Source: an uncultured archaeon (GTDB taxonomy: Archaea > Asgardarchaeota > Thorarchaeia > Thorarchaeales > Thorarchaeaceae). Taken from it: a DNA stretch of 32,000 bases. Of this stretch, positions 27,296-32,000 are shown piece after piece. The stretch's first letter is position 1. Every line of letters begins with the position of its first letter. The DNA lies in contig CAYHAA010000001.1 in NCBI GenBank assembly GCA_964354495.1, forward strand, positions 1 to 32,000, read 5' to 3'. A program made the position numbers and the translations under genes. Under the pieces are notes generated by a model that was not told the origin of the DNA, ran no database searches, and worked only from the letters and a program-made list of their open reading frames with translations.

Positions 27296-28336
27296 ATGAA
27301 GGCTGCTGTATTTCACAAACACGGTTCTCCTGAAGTTCTCTCTTACGAGGATTTTAAGGATCCCAAGATTGGTGCGAGGCAATTGCTGATTAGAGTCAAG
27401 GCTGTTGCGTTGAACCATCTGGACCTCTTCGTTCGAAATGGCATTTCTGGTCTGAAGTTGGAAATGCCCCATATCCTTGGAAGTGACATCAGTGGCGAAA
27501 TCGTAGAACTGGGCAGCAAAGTGGGGACCACATTCGAAGCTGGTCAGCACGTCATTGTCGACCCAGGCATCTCATGCGGAACCTGCGAGTTTTGCATGCG
27601 CGGTCAGGAATCTCTCTGTCCATCCTATGGAATCATAGGAGAGCACTATCGAGGCGGCTATGCACAGTATATTGCAGTAGACCCGCAGAATGTGGTGCCG
27701 ATTCCAACGGATGCGGGACTTGCCCTTACCGAGGCCGCTGCGCTTCCCCTCACGTTGATGACTGCTTGGAGGATGCTCATCACTAAGGCTCAGATAAGGC
27801 CTGGAGATGACCTTCTGATCATTGGAATTGGCGGAGGAGTCGCAGTTGCAGCTCTTCAGATTGCCAAGGCCGCTGGAGCAAGAGTAATAGTCACAAGTTC
27901 TTCAGATGCAAAGCTGGAGAAGGCAAGTGCCCTAGGTGCAGATATCGGAATCAATCACAATACGACTCCTGACTATCATAAGGAGATCTATCGTGTGACA
28001 AAGAATCGTGGAGTCGATGTGGTTCTTGACTCAGTAGGACAGGCTACTTGGGCGAAAAGCCTGAAGAGTCTACGAAAGGGCGGAAAATTAGTCACATGTG
28101 GAGCCACCTCTGGCCCCAATGCTGAAACGAATGTCAGCCTTCTATTCTGGAAGCAACTTGAGATACTAGGCTCTACTATGGGCAGCAGGGATGAGCTACG
28201 TGCGGCTCTAAAGCTAGCATGGACTGGAAAAGTGCGACCGGTTGTTGACCGTGTCTTTCCGCTCTCAAAGGCCAAAGAAGCCCACGAGCTCTTGGAGCGA
28301 GGAGAGCAGTTCGGGAAGATCCTTCTCCTGCCTTAA
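27296..28336 (+). CDS. MDR-family oxidoreductase (quinone reductase-like) retaining the structural Zn site
   Basis: MKAAVF, NHLD and GSD in place of the catalytic Zn ligands, CGTCEFC...C, GIGGGVA, GSTMG. Confidence 0.88.
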   Translation: MKAAVFHKHGSPEVLSYEDFKDPKIGARQLLIRVKAVALNHLDLFVRNGISGLKLEMPHILGSDISGEIVELGSKVGTTFEAGQHVIVDPGISCGTCEFCMRGQESLCPSYGIIGEHYRGGYAQYIAVDPQNVVPIPTDAGLALTEAAALPLTLMTAWRMLITKAQIRPGDDLLIIGIGGGVAVAALQIAKAAGARVIVTSSSDAKLEKASALGADIGINHNTTPDYHKEIYRVTKNRGVDVVLDSVGQATWAKSLKSLRKGGKLVTCGATSGPNAETNVSLLFWKQLEILGSTMGSRDELRAALKLAWTGKVRPVVDRVFPLSKAKEAHELLERGEQFGKILLLP

Positions 28337-28414
28337 TGGTGAGTAATACCCTGATACGCACCACAGTCAGACACCGGTTCATTACAGACTATGATGTGAT
28401 TGACACTGGTCACA

Positions 28415-28645
28415 ATGAGAGTCGTCACTATCTGTTTACCCGAGTCTTACGTTGATGGCGTGGACAAGCTAATTGGCCAGAACAAGTACCCGAATCGCTC
28501 AGAGGTCATTAGGATAGCTATCAGAGACCTTCTTGTTGATGAGCTCTGGGGAGAACGAAAGGTGTCTGGCGGTGTTCCACTGGTGACCCAACTTGAGAAG
28601 CTGGCACTCATTCCGGAGATACAGAAGCCAAGCCCTCCCACGTGA
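28415..28645 (+). CDS. Ribbon-helix-helix CopG-family regulator, CdrS-like
   Basis: MRVVTICLPESYVDGVDKLIGQNKYPNRSEVIRIAIRDLL. Confidence 0.85.
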   Translation: MRVVTICLPESYVDGVDKLIGQNKYPNRSEVIRIAIRDLLVDELWGERKVSGGVPLVTQLEKLALIPEIQKPSPPT

Positions 28646-28777
28646 TGGATACAACTGAGCTATCTTTTTCTGTGACTGAGTAGATTTTCTGCCTAGGCAT
28701 TGGAGTCAGAAGAGCAGTTTATCTCTTGCCCGATGCTGAGCATGTTGCTCACTCTGCAACTAGGAGCGATTCTGAAT

Positions 28778-29383
28778 ATGTCACGATTCTTTAGACGCAA
28801 GAAGTCAGTTAAGGAAGAAGCTAAGACTGCTGAGGACGAACCAGTAGAGGAAGTCCGAGTCGAAGATGTAAAGCCCAGTGAAGAAGAAACAGCTGAAGCT
28901 CCGGAGCCCAGTGTGGAAGAAACCACTGAAGCTTCAAAAGAAGCTGTCACTACCGCAGAAAAAGCACCGGTTGGTCGACAGTCCACAATTCCGTACCATG
29001 CATCAATTCAGGATCGGTTGATGTACATGTTCAATGATTCAACCACGGGTGGTGGGATTGAAGGGACCGACGAGTTCTATATTGAGTTCATGGCAATGGG
29101 AGAGCGGTTCTGGATTGGCAAGGTTCCCCTTGGAAAGGTGTCAATCAAGGCTGGCGCGATGACTGATCAGGACGCTCATGTGCGCATCTCCAATGACGCT
29201 GTGGCGACCCTTCTCTCCGCGGCGAACTTCTCTGAGTTCTCAAAGGCCTTCATACAATACTACAAGGCCCCTGAACCTGGCAAGTTCATCAAGATTGAGG
29301 TCCGTAAACCTATAACAGACCTGAATCGACGAGGTTACGCCCGCGTGCCAATCATGAAACTCCTCATTGGCTCAGCAAGATAG
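28778..29383 (+). CDS. Hypothetical protein: basic N-terminus, acidic low-complexity linker, SCP2-like C-terminal domain
   Basis: AGGAG SD before ATG 28778 (MSRFFRRKKS); E/A/T/P-rich linker; FYIEF...FWI...KVSIKAG...DAHVRIS...FIKIEV resembles the SCP2 fold. Confidence 0.65.
   Translation: MSRFFRRKKSVKEEAKTAEDEPVEEVRVEDVKPSEEETAEAPEPSVEETTEASKEAVTTAEKAPVGRQSTIPYHASIQDRLMYMFNDSTTGGGIEGTDEFYIEFMAMGERFWIGKVPLGKVSIKAGAMTDQDAHVRISNDAVATLLSAANFSEFSKAFIQYYKAPEPGKFIKIEVRKPITDLNRRGYARVPIMKLLIGSAR
28874..28939 (+). repeat. Imperfect 33-nt (11-aa) tandem repeat in the acidic linker
   Basis: PSEEETAEAPE / PSVEETTEASK. Confidence 0.6.
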
Positions 29384-29468
29384 TTCACATACAACCCTCT
29401 TCTCCTGAGGTGTCCGGCAAAGCATTAATGAAGCATTAGATTGCTAGAGGCAACCAGGTGGAATGTGA

Positions 29469-30152
29469 TTGAACAAGATTGAAACTCCCGTGGTCATCAT
29501 CAATTTCAAGACATATACCAAAGCGACAGGCGAGAAGGCTGTGCTATTGGCTCGTACCTGCGAAAGGATCTCAAACAAATACGATCTTCCAATCGTCGTG
29601 GCGCCTCAGATACCGGACCTGTATCGTGTGGCAAAGGCAGTGAAGATTCCAGTCTTCTCACAACATATGGATTCCGGCGAGCCCGGTCGATTCACTGGTC
29701 ATGTCTTGGCAGATGCCTTGGTGGAATCGGGATGCGCTGGCACGCTCCTCAACCACTCTGAGAAGAGGATGCAACTTGCGGATATTGAAGAGTCCATCTC
29801 GAAATCACACAAGGCTAGCCTCCTCACAGTCGTCTGTACGAACAACATACAGGTGAGCGTCGCTGCGTCATGCTTGAATCCATGGTCAGTGGCAGTTGAA
29901 CCCCCAGAGTTGATCGGGTCGGGTATATCGGTCTCACAGGCACAGCCCGAGATAATCAAGGGCACTGTGGAGAAGATACGCAAGGTGAACAAGAGCGTCG
30001 TGATTCTGTGCGGAGCAGGAATCGGCACTGGCGAGGATGTAGCATCGGCCATCAGACTTGGTGCTCAGGGAGTGCTATTGGCGTCTGCTGTTGCCAATTC
30101 TGACAAGCCAGAAGATGTCCTCTCAGATCTTGTTTCCCCTCTGAAGAAATAG
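29469..30152 (+). CDS. tpiA: Triosephosphate isomerase, archaeal type
   Basis: INFKTY, LNHSEKR, AVEPPELIG, CGAGI, GVLLASA; TTG start. Confidence 0.95.
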   Translation: MNKIETPVVIINFKTYTKATGEKAVLLARTCERISNKYDLPIVVAPQIPDLYRVAKAVKIPVFSQHMDSGEPGRFTGHVLADALVESGCAGTLLNHSEKRMQLADIEESISKSHKASLLTVVCTNNIQVSVAASCLNPWSVAVEPPELIGSGISVSQAQPEIIKGTVEKIRKVNKSVVILCGAGIGTGEDVASAIRLGAQGVLLASAVANSDKPEDVLSDLVSPLKK

Positions 30153-30206
30153 CACAATCCGGTTCGTTTTTCACCGATTGGGCTGGATTGTCAGTAGGCG
30201 ATTCAT

Positions 30207-31097
30207 GTGAAAGTTTCCCTTGAGTGTGCACACTGTCTTCTAGAGCGAGCAGGGAATCAGGTAAAACTAGCAACTGATGACCCAATGCTCCAGATGAAGA
30301 TCATCGAGGCAATGACAAGATTCCTTGGAGAGAACTTCAATAGTGATGCTGTGCCAAGTCACATAGGCACTGATCGGGACCTGCTCGTCCAACGTATGAC
30401 GGGGTGTGACCCCTACGAAGGCCTCAAACATCAGTCAAATGCAATGGCTCTCAGGATTCTTCCAGAGATGCTGAAGATTGTGGATGGAAAGTCGAATGCG
30501 AAAGATAGGTTCAGGACCTCTGTCCTCATTGCTGCCGCTGCTAATTCCATTGAATTCGACGTTTCCGGACGTGATTTCTCTCTCAATGAACTCAAGACGA
30601 CAATAGATCATGTGGAGGACGACCTAGCAATAGATCAGATTGAGGAATTCAGACGATTATGTCAGAGTGCAAAGACTGTTCTCTACCTGATGGACAACGC
30701 CGGCGAACTCGTTCTTGATATGATTCTGATTAGGGAGATGAAACGTTTCGGAGCCAAGGTCACTGCTGTGGTGAAAGGGGGGCCGGTTCTAAACGATGCA
30801 ACCATGGTCGATGCAGCTGAAGTGCATCTGGGTGACTATGCGGACAGGGTTGCAGATACGGGAGCTCCCGCCATAGGTATCAATCTCGAACGTAGCTCGG
30901 TTGAGTTCAGAGCCCTCTTCATGTCATCAGAGCTCATCGTCGCCAAAGGTATGGGCAACTTTGAGTCGATGACTGAGTTTGATCCGCGGTGTCCGACTGT
31001 GCATATCATGAGAACAAAGTGCAATCCTGTCGCTCGGCAAGTCGGAGTTCCAAAGAACAAGAATGTGATAATGATTCGAAGACCTGCTGCTGACTAG
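30207..31097 (+). CDS. DUF89/ARMT1-like damage-control phosphatase
   Basis: N-terminal ECAHC, DPY, ANSIEF, DNAGE, KGMGNFES, KC. Confidence 0.9.
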   Translation: MKVSLECAHCLLERAGNQVKLATDDPMLQMKIIEAMTRFLGENFNSDAVPSHIGTDRDLLVQRMTGCDPYEGLKHQSNAMALRILPEMLKIVDGKSNAKDRFRTSVLIAAAANSIEFDVSGRDFSLNELKTTIDHVEDDLAIDQIEEFRRLCQSAKTVLYLMDNAGELVLDMILIREMKRFGAKVTAVVKGGPVLNDATMVDAAEVHLGDYADRVADTGAPAIGINLERSSVEFRALFMSSELIVAKGMGNFESMTEFDPRCPTVHIMRTKCNPVARQVGVPKNKNVIMIRRPAAD

Positions 31098-31110
31098 GAC
31101 CTGTTTTCCA

Positions 31111-31941
31111 TCATGCCATGTCCTCTTTGTATGGTCTAAGTGCCTGCGCAACAAGAGTCGAGGCCATGAAATCTATCTTGAGGTCAGGATACTCGAGGCT
31201 GATGCTGTCTCTGAGCCTCTTCATTCCAAGATCTTCAGTCACAAAGGCTCCCAGTTCAAGAGTGTTCATTCCCTCTTCGTGTGCAATGAGTCTAATCTCT
31301 GGATTCAGCTCTCCAGTGACCAAGGTCTCAATGTCCTGCTTCTTCGCATTTATGATTTGTGGCATATCAACATGACTTCCAGCGACCAGCAGACACTCTC
31401 CAACTTCGTCATCCAGGTCTCCTGAGAACAAGACAGTATTGAGATTCATTCTAGATGCAACATAGTTGACGAAACCCGAATGATTCTTGACGTCTTCTAG
31501 TCTGCAGATTCTGCCAAATGGCACAAACTGGCCATAATCACTCTCCGAGAGGAAATCACCGACCTTCTCCATGCCAAGTGCATCTGAGAGAGCATCATTC
31601 AAGCCGTCCCTCGCACAGAGCCAGCCGCTTCCAATGACGTACGATGATATGTAGTTCTTGGTGAGAAGACGTACTCTCACAAGGTCGAGTCCGGCGAGTC
31701 TGTCAATAGCAAAGGGAAACAATGGTCTGTAAGTAATGAGAAGGTTCGACTTGTCCTGCGTCGCCTTCGTGATGACCCTTGCAGAGGGATATGTGGCAAT
31801 CAAGGCTCTGTTTATGGTAGTGTTGGCCTGTTCTGAAGGGCTCTGGGGACCTATCTCAACCCTATCCTCCAGGCCCTGAATTGTCATCTCCCTGGGAGAC
31901 AGCTCTTGTAGACGTTTGACAATCTGGAGAAAACTGGTCAT
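31111..31941 (-). CDS. Nif3/YbgI-like protein with degenerate metal site
   Basis: Nif3 architecture (LLITYRPLF, GLNDALSDALG, GRIC, LVTGE, LELGAFVTE) but the His ligands are replaced. Confidence 0.75.
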   Translation of the reverse strand: MTSFLQIVKRLQELSPREMTIQGLEDRVEIGPQSPSEQANTTINRALIATYPSARVITKATQDKSNLLITYRPLFPFAIDRLAGLDLVRVRLLTKNYISSYVIGSGWLCARDGLNDALSDALGMEKVGDFLSESDYGQFVPFGRICRLEDVKNHSGFVNYVASRMNLNTVLFSGDLDDEVGECLLVAGSHVDMPQIINAKKQDIETLVTGELNPEIRLIAHEEGMNTLELGAFVTEDLGMKRLRDSISLEYPDLKIDFMASTLVAQALRPYKEDMA

Positions 31942-32000
31942 GCCTTCTTTCCTCCTGGAAGGGTTTCAGATTGTCCGATGATTGTTGTCCGTCTTATGCT
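31938..32000 (-). CDS. C-terminal fragment of an upstream gene (partial)
   Basis: Open frame ...SIRRTTIIGQSETLPGGKKA* whose TGA overlaps the Nif3-like ATG (ATGA). Confidence 0.55.
   Translation of the reverse strand, partial: SIRRTTIIGQSETLPGGKKA

Noticed and set aside
28700-28777. TTG-start extension of the SCP2-like ORF
   Set aside because: A strong AGGAG SD precedes ATG 28778, and the extension looks non-coding.

Overview
Archaeal genomic window of about 50% GC. Archaeal-type TIM, FBP aldolase/phosphatase and ABCE1 support an archaeal source; an Asgard (Thorarchaeia-like) origin is my inference from overall gene style and was not tested. The left 8 kb is accessory. It holds (i) a giant minus-strand ORF missing from the ORF track (5612 to the window edge, at least 1870 aa by my manual translation) with a RecB/Cas4-like PD-(D/E)XK nuclease domain followed by a degenerate P-loop-like region, and (ii) a divergent, roughly 700-aa TnpB/Cas12f-like RuvC protein with an intact D-E-D triad. 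No tnpA, cas gene or CRISPR array is visible in the window. The RuvC gene is bracketed by two near-identical 20-nt hairpins whose differences fall only in the loop. The remainder is housekeeping or metabolic: mobB, a four-gene MacB/LolCDE-type ABC transporter, a Toprim protein, two MDR dehydrogenases, OsmC, a YkgJ-PHP-amidohydrolase-Mut7-C operon, ABCE1/RLI, udp, class I aldolase, FBP aldolase/phosphatase, parvulin, a CdrS-like RHH regulator, an SCP2-like protein, tpiA, a DUF89 phosphatase and a Nif3 homologue lacking most metal ligands. All calls come from motif recognition by eye; no database searches were run.
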